A DNA stretch of 32,000 bases, from the NCBI RefSeq assembly GCF_000195855.1, contig NC_002677.1, positions 2,100,001 through 2,132,000 on the forward strand. Reading direction: 5' to 3'. Below the pieces are notes generated by a model, which saw nothing but the letters and a program-made list of their open reading frames with translations, had not been told where the DNA came from and searched no databases. Source of the DNA: Mycobacterium leprae TN (GTDB lineage Bacteria > Actinomycetota > Actinomycetes > Mycobacteriales > Mycobacteriaceae). Position numbers and translations under genes: made by a program. Of this stretch, positions 1 through 11,829 are shown piece after piece; position 1 is the stretch's first letter, and each line of letters opens with the position of its first letter.

Positions 1-919
1 CCTCACCGCTGCGCGGCTGGGAGTACACCCCCACCTTGATCGGCTCCACGCACCGCATCGTCGCCGGACTGGGCCGAAGTGCCCGCGTGAAAACTACGTT
101 GACTTGCTTCATCACCACTCCGTACGGCCACCACGCCAGCCGCTTGAACCCATACAGCACCCGAATATCGTGCGAGGTGTAGATCAGGTACCGGTTCTTT
201 GCGACCCCGGCCAAGATCTTCTCGGCGGCCCTTTCCGCTGACACAGCATGACCACGGAAGCGGTCAACCCATCGACTGAACCTCGGGTCCTGGCGGTCAA
301 CCCCGGCAATTTCGATAGTATCGACTAGCGGCGTCCGTACCGCACCGGGCACCACAACCGACACCCCGATGCGGTACCGGGCTAGGTCGAAGCGCAGCAC
401 CTCAGAAAGTCCGCGCAATCCGTACTTGCTGGCACTGTAGGCCGCATGCCAGGGCAGGGCGACCAGCCCAGCCGCCGAAGAGACATTGACCAAATGCCCA
501 CCCCGGCCGGCGGCCAGGATCGCCGGCACGAACGTCTCGATGATGTGGATCGGTCCCATCAGGTTGATCGCGACCACGTTGCTCCACTGGTCGTGGGTGA
601 GTCGGTCAACAGTCCCCCAGACCGAGACGCCAGCGATATTCATCACGATATCCATGCTGGGATGCCTTGCGTGGATGTCAGCGCCGAATGCCGCCACCTC
701 GTCGTAGTCGGAAATGTCCAGGGCACGATACTCGGGGACCTGTGCACCGAGAGCCCGTGCTTCGGACACGGTTTGGGCCAAACCATCGCAGTGGCGGTCG
801 GTCAGATACAGCTCAGCACCGTAGGCGGCGAGCCGCAATGCGGTGGCTCGGCCAATACCACTAGCCGCGCCGGTGACAAAACACCGCTTCCCCACGAAAT
901 ATTGTGCCGTCTTCACCAT
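1..919 (-). CDS. Short-chain dehydrogenase/reductase (SDR family oxidoreductase); 3' end runs off the window
   Basis: My own minus-strand translation from ATG at 919 gives MVKTAQYFVGKRCFVTGAASGIGRATALRLAAYGAELYLTDR... It has the TGxxxGIG Rossmann motif and a YSASK (YxxxK) catalytic motif near 420-440. No stop occurs down to position 1, which is why it is absent from the ORF track. The plus-strand ORFs at 446-946 are antisense shadows. Confidence 0.85.
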   Translation of the reverse strand, partial: MVKTAQYFVGKRCFVTGAASGIGRATALRLAAYGAELYLTDRHCDGLAQTVSEARALGAQVPEYRALDISDYDEVAAFGADIHARHPSMDIVMNIAGVSVWGTVDRLTHDQWSNVVAINLMGPIHIIETFVPAILAAGRGGHLVNVSSAAGLVALPWHAAYSASKYGLRGLSEVLRFDLARYRIGVSVVVPGAVRTPLVDTIEIAGVDRQDPRFSRWVDRFRGHAVSAERAAEKILAGVAKNRYLIYTSHDIRVLYGFKRLAWWPYGVVMKQVNVVFTRALRPSPATMRCVEPIKVGVYSQPRSGE

Positions 920-979
920 GGCTTACCTTTGGCCGCCGCACCATAGAACGTTTAGCCACACCTGCTCGAGCACCCGCAC

Positions 980-1525
980 GCAGCGCCCCGTACCACACCA
1001 CTGTCGCAACCGATCAGCATAGGTTAACCGGTCAGCATCAGCGCGGCCGGACCCGCCAAGCGTACGGATCAATGCCGAGATGTCTGCACAGATCGGATGC
1101 GCGATCCCCGCGCCTCGAGTAAATCAATGATCTAGCAAAGCACCACTTCAAATTGCCGTTCGAAAATATGTTGGATCTCAATATCGGTGTGGCGGACGAC
1201 AGATGATTACAGGCCGTCATCACCGAGTCGTTGTGTGCGTAGACAACGGCGGCACTGCCCACCATTTGCTTGGCGAACTGCTCGAGTGATTCGCCCGACC
1301 GACGGGGGACGAAATATTAGGTGGACTTTTCGAGTTCTTCGGCTGCCTTCGCCAGAATCTTGGCAAGCACAGCGTACTTGGAGTCGAAATAGGAAGTAAG
1401 AAGCCGGATCGGGTCACCCCGACGCGGTGGCTAATGGTGCTAACCGACAGCTCCAACATGCGACCTCTCCTCCAGAAGCTCACGCGCTGCCTACAGGACC
1501 GCTTGTCGGTGCTTGTGATCATGCT
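980..1525 (-). pseudogene. TetR-family regulator pseudogene (position matches Rv3058c as I recall the M. tuberculosis order)
   Basis: The HTH region is readable only across frames. One frame gives MLELSVSTISHRVGVTRSGF (about 1400-1460). The next frame gives YFDSKYAVLAKILAKAAEELEKST followed by a stop (about 1310-1385). A third frame upstream gives AVL*AARELLEE. There are multiple frameshifts and stops. Boundaries are approximate. Confidence 0.55.
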
Positions 1526-1701
1526 GTCGCACAGTTGGTATCCCCCCGCTCCTGGCTGCTTAGCTATTCACATTGTAATCATCCCATCTGACCTTGCACC
1601 ATGCCGCTCGAAAAGGAAACTTGACAGCCATCAAACCTGTCCGAAGGATCATTTTTTAGTAACATTGTCATAGCCTGTCCAGGCAGGCAAATGAAGCGTT
1701 C

Positions 1702-3175
1702 ATGGCCGCCATCATAAGCACTTAGCACTATAAGCCGGACCAGACACAGGACATCGATGCCCCCAACGCTTAACACCATCCTCAGTATGGAAACGTTCCA
1801 AGGCGCTATATTCGCCCACGACTGGAAGACAGCAATCCTAGCCAAACCACCCGCCGGTAACAGTCTCAAGCTCATCCTCGGCGACTCAGACGTTGCCCAT
1901 GCTCGGTCACTTCATCGAAGTATTCCAGGGGAGACATGGACTACGCGCTGTTCCTGTATCAAGCACACAATCCGCTGATTTATCCCGCTTCGCCGGCCCT
2001 GCCGTCGGTTACTGGTGTTGGGACCGACGCTACCCAGGCCATATTCGCCAATTAAGAACTAAGGACTTTCGTAAAAGTATTTAGCACACGGCGACCGGCC
2101 CGTTCTTGAGCCAGTACCTTATATTGCTACGCCTCGAAAAGTACATGTACCACCAGCACATCATGCAAGAGGTCTTCATCCGGCCCCACTTAGCCGGGGG
2201 TACGTCGAGCTCACTGACCGCATGGCGTCGACCACCATCGCCAACTGACCAACCAACGATGCACGGTTCCTGTTACATCCCGCGATGACGCAACTCACCC
2301 TCAACGTCGCATCAACAGTGTTCATAGGCCATGAACCCGGTACCGACAGCGACCCGGCCACCAAGGTTAATCCGGGCCTTTACCACTACAACACGCGCCG
2401 GTGGCACGAGCATCCGCCAGTGGGTACCGCCGTTTAAATGGTGGCGTATACTGCGCACCCGCAAGGTGCTCGAGGAGTACTTCATCGACCACTTCATGGA
2501 GCGCCGTCACGCTCGTGGCACCAACATGTTAACAGTGCTGTTCCAAAACCAAGAATGACAACGGTAACAGCTTCACCGACGAAGACATCGTCAACCACAT
2601 GATCTTACTGATGATGACCGCCCAAGACACCTCGACATCAACAACCACAACGATGATCTACAACCTGACCGCGCGCATCCGGAGTGGCAGGAGCAAACAC
2701 GCGAGAAGTCGGCTCAGCGTGACGATGCACCGTTCGACATCGATGCGCTGGAAAAGTTGGAAGCTCTCGATTTTGTAATGAACTAATCTCTTCGCATGGT
2801 GACCTCACTGCCCTTCAACTTACGCCAGGCCGTTCGTGACACCAACCGGCTGGGCTATCATACGCCAGCCGAAACTAACGTAACAATACGGATGGCTCGG
2901 ACTGAACCACCGAATACCCGAATCATGAAGAGAGCAAAATAATTCGACCCGGAACGCTTCGCAGAATCGCGGTCCGAGCAAAAGAAACACCGGTAAGCCT
3001 TCGCACCGTTCGGGTGCTGGAGCGCACAAGTGCATTAGCATGGCATTCGGACAACTGAAGGTCAGGACCGTCGTGTACCGACTGCTTAGCAGCTACCGGC
3101 TGGGACTGATCCGACCCGACTAACAGCTACTATGGGACAATCAGCTGGATGCCGATTATGCTGCGTCCGTTCTAA
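1702..3175 (+). pseudogene. cyp136: Cytochrome P450 pseudogene (Cyp136-like)
   Basis: ATG at 1702. P450 landmarks sit in different frames: MPMLGHFIEVFQG (1893-), an I-helix-like ILLMMTAQDTSTST (2601-2645), and FDPERFAESRSEQKKHR followed by an in-frame TAA at 2994-2996. The heme loop FAPFG then shifts frame to GAGAHKCISMAFGQLKV. The C-terminus MPIMLRPF* ends at 3175. The span of 1474 nt is close to a 490-aa P450. Confidence 0.7.
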
Positions 3176-3299
3176 CCCGTACCCCGAACAGACGCCAATC
3201 ACACGGACAGTCAGTTAGCGCACACAACACGAACTACGTCGGATTTTCCGGCCAACAAACACCAACGACTTGATGAAATCAATTGCAGTATAGCGGCTT

Positions 3300-4830
3300 C
3301 CGGAATCACAATATCGGATCCCGCCGTCGGACCGCTAGCCCTGACGGACGCAGATCAGGGGACCTTCGAGCAGCTTCTCCAACCGCTACCAGTAGCAGGT
3401 ACGCTCACTACCCACCTCTCGGCTCCAGTGGACTCGACGGGGGGGAATGCCCCTGGTGTGGCGAGTCCCAGAATTCGCTCCACGTGGCGAGTTAATGGGC
3501 CTGGCAAGACAAGTCCGACGCCGAGTCTGATGAATGATACCCAGGACCACGTCTTCCGATACGGAATAGCCAATCAACCTACCCATAGCCTCTAGGTATT
3601 CCTCCCTTATTTGTAAACTCGTTGTCGGGAACCGCTAGCAATCAACCATAAAATACGTCCGGTGACTTTTAAGCTGCGGTGGGCCCCGAACTCAAAACTG
3701 GTCGTAGCTGAAAATTGGATCCCTTTCGCCCCATCCCGAGATCGTTATCGTCTACGGAACTCTGCGGGACGTTCGCCGGGTTAGCGGCCTCCGAAGTAGC
3801 GCCGATGGCCTGGTTGGTGACCTCGGTATCGGTATAGGAATCCGCGCTGGCGGCAAGGGGGGCAACAAACTGCTCATGCATCTTCTGGCCTGAGCGGAAA
3901 ATACCGGATAAAGCTCAGCTTGCGCGCTGTAGTGAGCGGGTTGAGCACCGACACCTCGTCGGCGGAAAGAGATAGAGTACCAGTCGTTGCGGGAGCTGCG
4001 CCTACATTATCTGGTAACCATCTGCGCATCGATGCCCTGCAGGTTGCCGGCAACTACCCTCGGGGCTTCCGATGGTCCCGTCACGACGGGATGGGGAAAC
4101 GGATGGGACACGAGAGTACCTCCTCGTACAGCTAACCAGCGATGGCTACGTACTGTTAGCGGACCCCGGAAGTCTAAATGCGCTTGCGTTGTATGCGCCG
4201 ACTGTTTTTACTTACTTGGGCGAACCGCCGCACAGACTGCCCGCCGCGCCAAGCCTGCGACAAGGGAAAATCACTCACACCAGCACAGCCCGAAGCACCA
4301 ACAATGACACATTCCACACACCAGTCAGCCAGAATCACACCCCCACAACCACCACCCCAAACATTTCTTGAAACGACCTTGACCGCTTGTTGACGTCACT
4401 TCGCGCCACGAGAAATGGCTACAAGTCTGCTGAACCTCGTGCAGGGCATTCTTCAACAGCACGGTTACCTGCTCAGCGATCTCCCACAACCCAGGATCTT
4501 AGGTTACCTCGATCCCCAACCTGGGGTCCATAGCGTCGATCAAAACCGTATCCGGTGCATCCGAGTCTTTGCCCATGACGACGTTGCAAGGCAACAGAAC
4601 TCCAAGCGTCCGGTACACATTGACCTCCTGTTACACAAACGTGCGATTACACGCACCAAGAACCATATAATACTCCATATTTTTCTAAAGCTTTTCAGCG
4701 TCACGTTCATGTCGATCTCGATTAGCACAACGAAACCTTGCTGCGTAAGCACTTTCCGAGCTCGCTCGACTGTGTAATCAAATGAGGTGTGTAGTGTGGC
4801 TGATCGCTAAACGCGCATGATGCTCTAATC
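3300..4830 (-). pseudogene. Probable GntR-type regulator pseudogene (heavily decayed; boundaries approximate)
   Basis: The minus-strand reading at 4690-4800 gives ATLHTSFDYTVERARKVLTQQGFVVLIE, which resembles the recognition-helix/wing part of a GntR winged HTH. Downstream there are only short broken ORFs. Its position between the P450 and the ACAD fits the remembered Rv3060c slot. Confidence 0.3.
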
Positions 4831-6119
4831 CTCACTCACGGAAAATCTCTCACGATCGCTTCTTTGAACTTTCGCTCGAGCTTTGTCGCAGTTAGTGCGA
4901 AGAACCATTTCTTCCATTCTTCTTCATACTGGTTAAGCGGACCGGTCCCTTAGGCTATATTAATTAGAGCTCAGATCCTTGCTGCTCTCGCTGGCCGGAC
5001 ACCGGTTAACCCCTACAGCCACCAAGATGCAGCAGCGTACAGATGGCGATGGATGCGATAGCGCGCCAAGCTGTCGTCACCGTCGCTGATTGCCTCGACA
5101 ATCCGCTGTTTAACGTGCTCGACAGCGACGACATCGCGCCAAGCCGGCAGCGCATTGCCGGCCAACTGCGCCAATCTGAGGTGGAACCGTGACTCACCGG
5201 CCGCGGCCATATCAGCCGGCAGCTGTTTGAGGGTATTGGTTGCGAATACCCCGATGAACGGCAAGAAAGGCCGCCACCTCGGGCTCGTTCCGCCTCCTCA
5301 GGATTTTGGCGATGGTGTCTATCTCGAAAGCACCCCGGACTCAACGTAAGTCTTCGCGGTCCGGTTTTAAGTACTCTCGGTAAAGCGCTATCGTGTCCAT
5401 GCTGGCCTGCTCCTGGGGTTTTATGATGACCAGTCTGCGGCGCATGTGTGTGATCGCGTAATATGCGAGTAGCACCGCTTCCAGAAGCACCGCGCGGCTC
5501 ACCCGGCTGCGTTACAGCAGCACTGTCTCGGTCCCGAAAGACGGAACGGACCTACCAGGAACTACCCGCGATATTGTCGACAATGGTGGTCGCCAATCCC
5601 TCCGCCAGCTTGCCGTGGGGTGCCTCAAGATCGACCCCCGGCACCTCGCGCAGCTGGCGTGCCCGACCCGGGCTCAGCAAGCCGCCGGTCTCAGTCCACA
5701 GCGTGGATCCGCAGTGCGGTGTTGACTTCGTCGGACTCGCCAAACCACATAAGCTGTGGATAACAGCTAATATCGTTGACTGCTAACCAGATTCAGTGAA
5801 ATGCGGGATGATCGTTGATATCTGACCCGAGCTGGTAGCCGCCGGAGCAGTTGGTTAAACCGAACACTAATCTGATTAGCAGGGACAAGTTAGGCTAGTC
5901 AGCACTTGCGTACGCTCCCCTGGTCCGTGGTTTGCCTTGCAAGAGTCGCGGAAAACCACCCATACAGTATCAATACCTTCACCGGAAATACATTGCAGAA
6001 TAACGACTTTCTGCATATACCTTCAATAGTCGTCAATGGTAACTTTGCAGCCGGTAAAAACGTCGGCGACTGCCTCACCTTGCCAGCTTCATTGAACGTG
6101 GCCTTGTGTGGCTAGCCCG

Positions 6120-6560
6120 CTAAACTGAGCAAGCCCAGTTTCGTTGGTGATCAGCGGTAGCATCTACCCACGGAGTCATCGACGACAACGTTGAAAGAAC
6201 CACTATATTCTTATAGCGCCACATCACCGCGACTCCATGGTCCCCGTACTGTATGTATTGCGCATCGAGGTCTGCGATCGCCGGAGTATTTAGCCCAAGT
6301 TGGTTGGCCGTTACCCCACTTATGCCAATCAGCACGTTTATCGGCGATCCCAGCCGAAAACGATCATTGCCCGATGTGCATCGAAATGGCCGTGCAGAGA
6401 TAAACTAAACGTCCTGTTGATGGGCCACTAAGAGCTGCTTTCGCAGCGTACATAGCCAGCTCAGAAACTACGTAGCCGCCTCATACATCCATCTCACCTA
6501 ACGGCTCAACAACTCCGGAAAACATCATTTCAGTCATGTGTTGCCGCTCCCCGGCGGCGA
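6120..6560 (-). pseudogene. PPE-family pseudogene fragment
   Basis: ORF 6120..6335(-) contains LGLNTPAIADLDAQYIQ...VAVMWRY. This resembles the conserved PPE N-domain block (GQNTPAIA..EA.Y..MWAQDA.AM..Y). The upstream reading MMFSGVVEPLGEMDV* is a degraded PPE-type N-terminus. The fragment is far too short and is interrupted by stops. Confidence 0.4.
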
Positions 6561-6675
6561 CCATCGAGCCAGTATCTGTCGGCACCGCCGTGTTGGTGGT
6601 ACGTAATAACTGCGAGATTCACTGTGCTGGGACGGATCCCAAGCACCCGGGCAACCTAACAAAGCACCCGGAATC

Positions 6676-8846
6676 TTAGTTAATCAACGGATCGCGCGGC
6701 ATGCCGAGAATCCTCTCGGCAATTTGGTTGCGAGTAACCTCCGAGGTGCCGCCAGTGATCACCATACCGCGCGCGCCCATGATCAACCGGCCGACCACTG
6801 TGCCAGGACCGTCGAGCAATGCAACCTCGGGCCCCAGCAGCACCGCCAAAATCGCCGCGCCCTCAACCATGTGCTCCGCCAGCTTCAGTTTGGTGACGTT
6901 GCCTTCCGGGCCAGAACCCACCCCTTCGACACTGCGGGCGACGCGACGCAGGTTCAGCAGCCGCAGCGCATGGTCTTCGGCGAGGTAGGTTCCGACACGG
7001 ATTTCCGCACTCGCCAACCGATCCACCCGCTGCTGGGCTAGCTGCACCAGTTGCGCCGCCATCCCCTCGTAGAACGAGTCACTACCGCCGAGACTGACCC
7101 GCTCATTGCCCAACGTCGCCCGCGCGATCGTCCACCCGGAGTTGGGCACACCAACCACATCCTCATCCGGAACGAACACGTTGTCGAAAAACACCTCATT
7201 GAATTCCGACCCGCCGGTAATCTGCCGCAATGGCCGCACCTCGACGCCCACTGCCTTCATGTCGATAATCACGGTGGTGATGCCCGCATGCTTAGGTGCA
7301 TCCGGGTCGGTACGTACTGTGGCCAGGCCGCGGCGACAATACTGGGCCCCACTGGTCCACACCTTTTGCCCGGTGATCTTCCAGCCACCGTCCACTCGCG
7401 TGGCCCGGGTCTTAACGGACGCTGCATCCGAACCAGCGTCGGGTTCGGAGAATAACTGACACCAAATTTCCTCTTGAAGCAACGCTTTTCCCGCGAATCT
7501 TTCAATCTGCCAAGGCGTTCCGTGTTGGATCAAGGTTAGGATCACCCAGCCGGTAATCGAGTAATCCGGGCGTTTGATTCCTGCTGCGCAAAACTTTTCA
7601 TCGATCACCAACTGCTCCACAGCATCGGCCGAGCGACCCCACGGTTGGGGCCAGTGCGGCATCACGTAGCCGGTCTCGATCAGCTTGTCGCGCTGTGCCT
7701 TCGTATCCAGGGCGGCGAGCTCGGCGGCGTCGGCACGGATCTGGGTACGCAATTCTTCGGCTTCGGCCGGCAAATCCAGGCTGTTGGTCCGAACAGCACC
7801 AGCCGCGGTGCGATCGAAGACATCCACGGCCGGCGCGTCACCACCCAGCAATGCCGCACTGACTAGCGCCCGCCGCAGGTGTAGGTGCGCATCATGTTCC
7901 CAAGTGAAACCGATACCGCCATGCACCTGAATGTTGAGTTCGGCATTGCGAGTGTAGGCGGGGAAGGCCAGCGCAGCCGCTACCGCGGCAGCCAGCCGGA
8001 ATTGCTCTTCATCCTGGGATGCCGCACGTGCGGCATCCCAGACCGCGGCGACCGCCGACTCGGCGACCACCAGCATGTTCGCGCAATGATGCTTGACCGC
8101 CTGGAACGTGGCGATGGTGCGGCCAAATTGCTGACACAGCTTGGCATACCCGACGGCAGCGTCGACACAGTCGGATGCTCCGCCCACCGCCTCGGCAGCC
8201 AGCAAAGTGCGCGCCCGAGCCAGCACCGATTCCCGTGCCCCAGGCAAAAGGTCGTCGGCGGTGACGCTAACGTTGTGTAGCCGGACGCGCCCGCAGCGCC
8301 GAGTCGGATCGAGATTTTCCGGTCATGTCCACCGACCACACCCGCGCGGTCGCGTTCCAACACCAGCATGTCGTCACCAGCGGCAACCAACAGCAACTCG
8401 GCGAGCCCAGCCCCCAATACGATTCCGGCCTCGCCATCGGCAGTGCCACCGTCTTTGACCCGCACCTGGCCGTACAACCCGATTCCCGCAGTGACGCTAC
8501 CGTCGATCAACCCCGACAGCAACCGCGCCTTGTGACCAGCGGTGCCGTCGTTGGCGATCACTGCCGACGCGATCACGGTCGGGACAAATGGCCCCGGCGC
8601 CACCGCGCGCCCGAGTTCTTCTATCACCACCACGAGTTCGGGCAACCCGTAGCCTGAACCGCCGTACTTTTCGTCTACGTGCAGACCGGGCCAGCCGAGC
8701 TCCACCATGTCGTGCCAGAATGCAGGCCGGACCTCGTCGGGCGTATCGAGCAGCGACCGAGCCGCCCAGCGCACCTGCTGCGAGATCAAGAACGCGCGGG
8801 CTACCTCGGCGAGTTCGCGATGATTGTCGGTCAGTGCGATACCCAT
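6676..8846 (-). pseudogene. fadE22: Double-domain acyl-CoA dehydrogenase (FadE22-like, about 723 aa) interrupted by a local frame change near 8305-8345
   Basis: ATG at 8846 is preceded by GAGGAGG (minus strand, 8853-8859). It reads MGIALTDNHRELAEVARAFL...GDDMLVLERDRAGVV. The homologous reading then continues in another frame as ENLDPTRRCGRVRLHNVSVTADDLLPGARESVL..., with TGA at 8323-8325 closing that frame upstream. The second ACAD unit is intact (FSEPDAGSDAASVKTRA, KVWTSGAQY, GGTSEVTRNQIAERILGMPR). The total span of 2171 nt is 3n-1. It could also be a split gene or a sequencing indel. Confidence 0.7.
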
Positions 8847-9039
8847 CAGGGTCCTCCTCGCACCGCTTTCCGATTGGAAAAAGCAAAATGTAGTGTACTT
8901 AATGTGACAAGAATCGCCGATGAGGCTACTTAGGCACGAATAACTGTCCAGCATCCAGGCATAAACATTTACCGTTGAGCATCGAGTTATCCACTATGGC
9001 TGCACCAACTTCGCTTATTACTCAGGCCGTCCCATCCGC

Positions 9040-9562
9040 TTAGCGAAGACCGTATCGCGGGTCAGCATAGCCGCCCTCCCGTCGGAACCTCACAGTCAAG
9101 TCGGTCAGAAACAAATTCGGAGCGATCGCCAGCACCCCGTCCCCAGCGACCCAAGGTCGCGCATAATAATCCTCGGGCTCGTTCTTGCTCATGTGAGCAG
9201 CTGACAACCGACTCATGTTGAACGTCGCGATGAGATTGAGATCCACCACCGAGCGGAAGGATTCGAGGTCAAGGAGACCGGATTTGGTGAACGTCCGCTT
9301 GGCTATACCGCCGCCGGTGGTCACTGCGACTTACAGACCGCGGAGTTTGTCAACCGTGGGCTCAGTGCGAATGAAGTCGGTGACATAGACACCTACTAAA
9401 ATAAAACACACCACCGAGACCTTCGATAACTGTTTTACCGTCGGCAACCCTCGCGATCAAGGACAGTGACCTGTGCGCCACGCTCGGCCAACCACTCGGC
9501 AGTAGCCCGCCCCATACCTGACGCACCACCGACGACGGCAGCCTCTTTCCCGGTGATCTCCA
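9040..9562 (-). pseudogene. SDR pseudogene (3-hydroxyacyl-CoA dehydrogenase type-II-like)
   Basis: ATG at 9562 is preceded by GGAGGG. It reads MEITGKEAAVVGGASGMGRATAEWLAERGAQVTVLDREGCRR, then a stop after 41 codons. A later frame (ORF 9040..9324) gives LDLESFRSVVDLNLIATFNMSRLSAAHMSKNEPED...LAIAPNLFLTDL, with the catalytic Ser/Tyr/Lys segment missing. The total of 523 nt compares with about 750 nt expected. Confidence 0.55.
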
Positions 9563-10089
9563 TTCAGCCCTCCATTGCCGTAGCCTTCTGAACATCTAGT
9601 ACGCACGCTAGAGCGCCCGCGTAACCAAGATGACGGCAAGCCTTGGCGAGCTGAACTGTGCTGTTTTTCGATGTGGCTACCATATCACACGATGTTGGCG
9701 GCACCTCGTCGCGGTTGTTCTAAAGTCGCGCGCATCGCTAGCGTAGTCGCGATCATCATGTCATGGCTCTCCGGTGAATTACACCAACGCTCCATATCGC
9801 CGTCAGCTAGGTATCGCTACAGTCACGACCAACGGCAGCATCGCAGCCAGTACTGAATGCTACCAACATCGACACCACCTTATCTCCCAAGATCAGCGTA
9901 GTGTCCGGCAATAAGACCCAAGCGCGGCGTGACGAACTCGTCGTTCGGTTACTCGCTGCCGCCACCAAAACCGAAACAACTCTTTCTGCGCCAGTTACTA
10001 AAGCAGTGAGCTGTGCCGAGGTGCGCTGGTCAGGCTCATGACTAACACTGTCGTCATCGCCGAAATCCCGACTGCCACAGTACAACGCG

Positions 10090-10720
10090 CGGCAACGCTT
10101 AGCAGAAGTCTGCTCGCGGTAGCCAGCGGCAACTGGATCGCCGAAACATCCTGAAAAACCTCCTGGTTCAGCCTATCGCCGGTTACCTTGTAGCTGGTAT
10201 CTAAATCATTTACGATTGCTCCGCGGAAGTTCTTCGGATGTGGTTGCTGCTTGCGCTACGCAACTACCTGTCGATATTCATGAAATGTAGACGCCATCGC
10301 TTTACTCGCGATCGGCACTCGCGATCGGCATTCGCACCGCCCAGCCTACCACGCAGACACTCGGGTGAGCTGCTTCATGCTTTCCAACACCCTCGGTAGT
10401 TTGAGCGGCTTACTGGCCAAGCTGCCAAATCCGAATTGGCACCCCGACGTATAGATTAGATCTGCAGCCTGGTGATGATCAGCGTGTGGAACAGCATCCT
10501 GCTGTTGAGCAGTAACCGATCCGCTCGGTGTTATCAACACAACTGTTCCCGCTGTTCGGTATTGCTAACTAGCTCGCAAGTATTTTGCTGACCGTCATCA
10601 TCATGGTGGTTATCAGGAAGAGCCTATTGAAAACGGTTTTTAGCTTCCAGGAGTTCCGCTACTAGGTTATACGGTTGTCGCGCTGACAGCGTCTTGGCAG
10701 AAAATCTTCTCCGCAGATCT
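10090..10720 (-). pseudogene. OmpR-type response regulator pseudogene (approximate)
   Basis: Receiver-domain remnants on the minus strand are ALPDNHHDDDGQQNTCELV (compare PDlvllDlmlPg.dG) and VLITPSG...AADLIYTSGCQFGFGSLASKPLKLPR (compare lTA...GADDYl.KPF.f.EL.aR). A degraded winged-helix part lies downstream. Stops and frameshifts occur throughout. Confidence 0.35.
10304..10329. repeat. Perfect 13-bp tandem duplication (ACTCGCGATCGGC x2, followed by a partial third copy)
   Basis: Read directly: 10304-10316 and 10317-10329 are identical. 10330-10336 (ATTCGCA) is a diverged partial copy. Confidence 0.9.
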
Positions 10721-11829
10721 GGCCATCGGCTGCTGGGCACAGCATATCCGATATCTAGCGGCGAACATTTGGGCAAAATGACGTTAGGTGCGACGAAGAA
10801 CCAGCATCAGCTCGACGAAGTCATCGGAAACACCTCGATTCAGGGAATCTTGTCGATTATTTTCTCCACGGTTGTCATCCTTGTGTTAGTTGCATGAATT
10901 ATATTCGCGGTCAAATCAATTCAAAGTGCTGATAGGACATTAACCGAGGATGATCCTATGCCGTCTAAGTTGTTCACACCCTCCGGGTTGCTTAACACCA
11001 TAACGGAGTAAAAGTTGCAAAAACGACGGTACGCTCGGCCATCGAGTAGCGATGGTCATGACTAAATTCGTTACAACACAATAAAAATGTGCGGTAAGGA
11101 AAAATATCAACCTCGGGATCGTGTGTTTATTCAGCCGTTCTCACAAAAGACAACATGAAGAAAATAACCAATTCGTGTGACCAAACAACCGACGCATCCC
11201 AAAATGGACATCTGCAGCTACCCAACCTGAAGAAGTATCTAAAGTAGAGCCCTTAGACAGTTGCCTCGATGTCGTACAGTATCATCGATCCTCACCTCAG
11301 ACGCGATTCGAGGAGCTTCGTAGTCGTGCAAGCTTCAAATATTTCCCCTCACAGGTTAACGCAATCTGGCAATCCTCACTACTGATGCCGTAACACTGCA
11401 CGCCGATCGATTACAAACAGCTTGGTGTCCTCCAACGTGGTAGTACCAGGGCCGCGAAAGTCCCCTAACTCGGTGTTGCGGTCGAAATCTATTGGACCAA
11501 AACATTTCAAAAGCCAATCCTGATCCTTGCCAACCGCGATTGACGCCAGTTTAACTATTGCGGCCCCCGGCCACGTCACCGATATACGGTTTATCAATAA
11601 CGATATCGAGAACGGTCTTGTCGCAACAGACTTCGCTCTCGCCAGGTTCGTCGTCGACTACCGCAAAATTCTGATCGATACGACCGCTGAAGAGGATGCA
11701 ACGGGATCGGTCGCCGCTTGCCTAGCAATAGCACGCATGGATTTCGGCTGGCATGGCCAATGAAAGATACAGATCCAGAACGTCATTACTTACAAACCGA
11801 TATAGCGGATAAGTAACAATTACAAGGAA

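Noticed and set aside
446-946. 166-aa plus-strand ORF (and overlapping 486..707, 667..864 ORFs)
   Set aside because: They lie antisense to a clearly motif-bearing SDR gene (1-919, minus). They have Arg/Pro/Gly-rich shadow-ORF composition typical of GC-rich DNA.
3439-3445. G7 homopolymer (also G6 at 3857-3862 and C6 at 19379-19384)
   Set aside because: These are short homopolymers in decayed or intergenic DNA. I can support no functional inference. They are noted only as potential slippage sites.
4230-4370. A+C-rich stretch on the plus strand, superficially the mirror of the G+T-rich patch at 14641-14800
   Set aside because: I could not align the two by eye. It lies in heavily decayed GntR-like pseudogene sequence, and similar A/C-rich runs occur in ordinary mycobacterial coding sequence (for example the P450 I-helix region at 2560-2660).
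7980-8954. 324-aa minus-strand ORF as a stand-alone gene starting at 8954
   Set aside because: The first 36 codons precede a much better start (ATG 8846 with GAGGAGG). The last roughly 115 codons are an out-of-frame read-through of the ACAD gene (low-complexity Arg/Ser/Pro). Only the middle part is real ACAD sequence.
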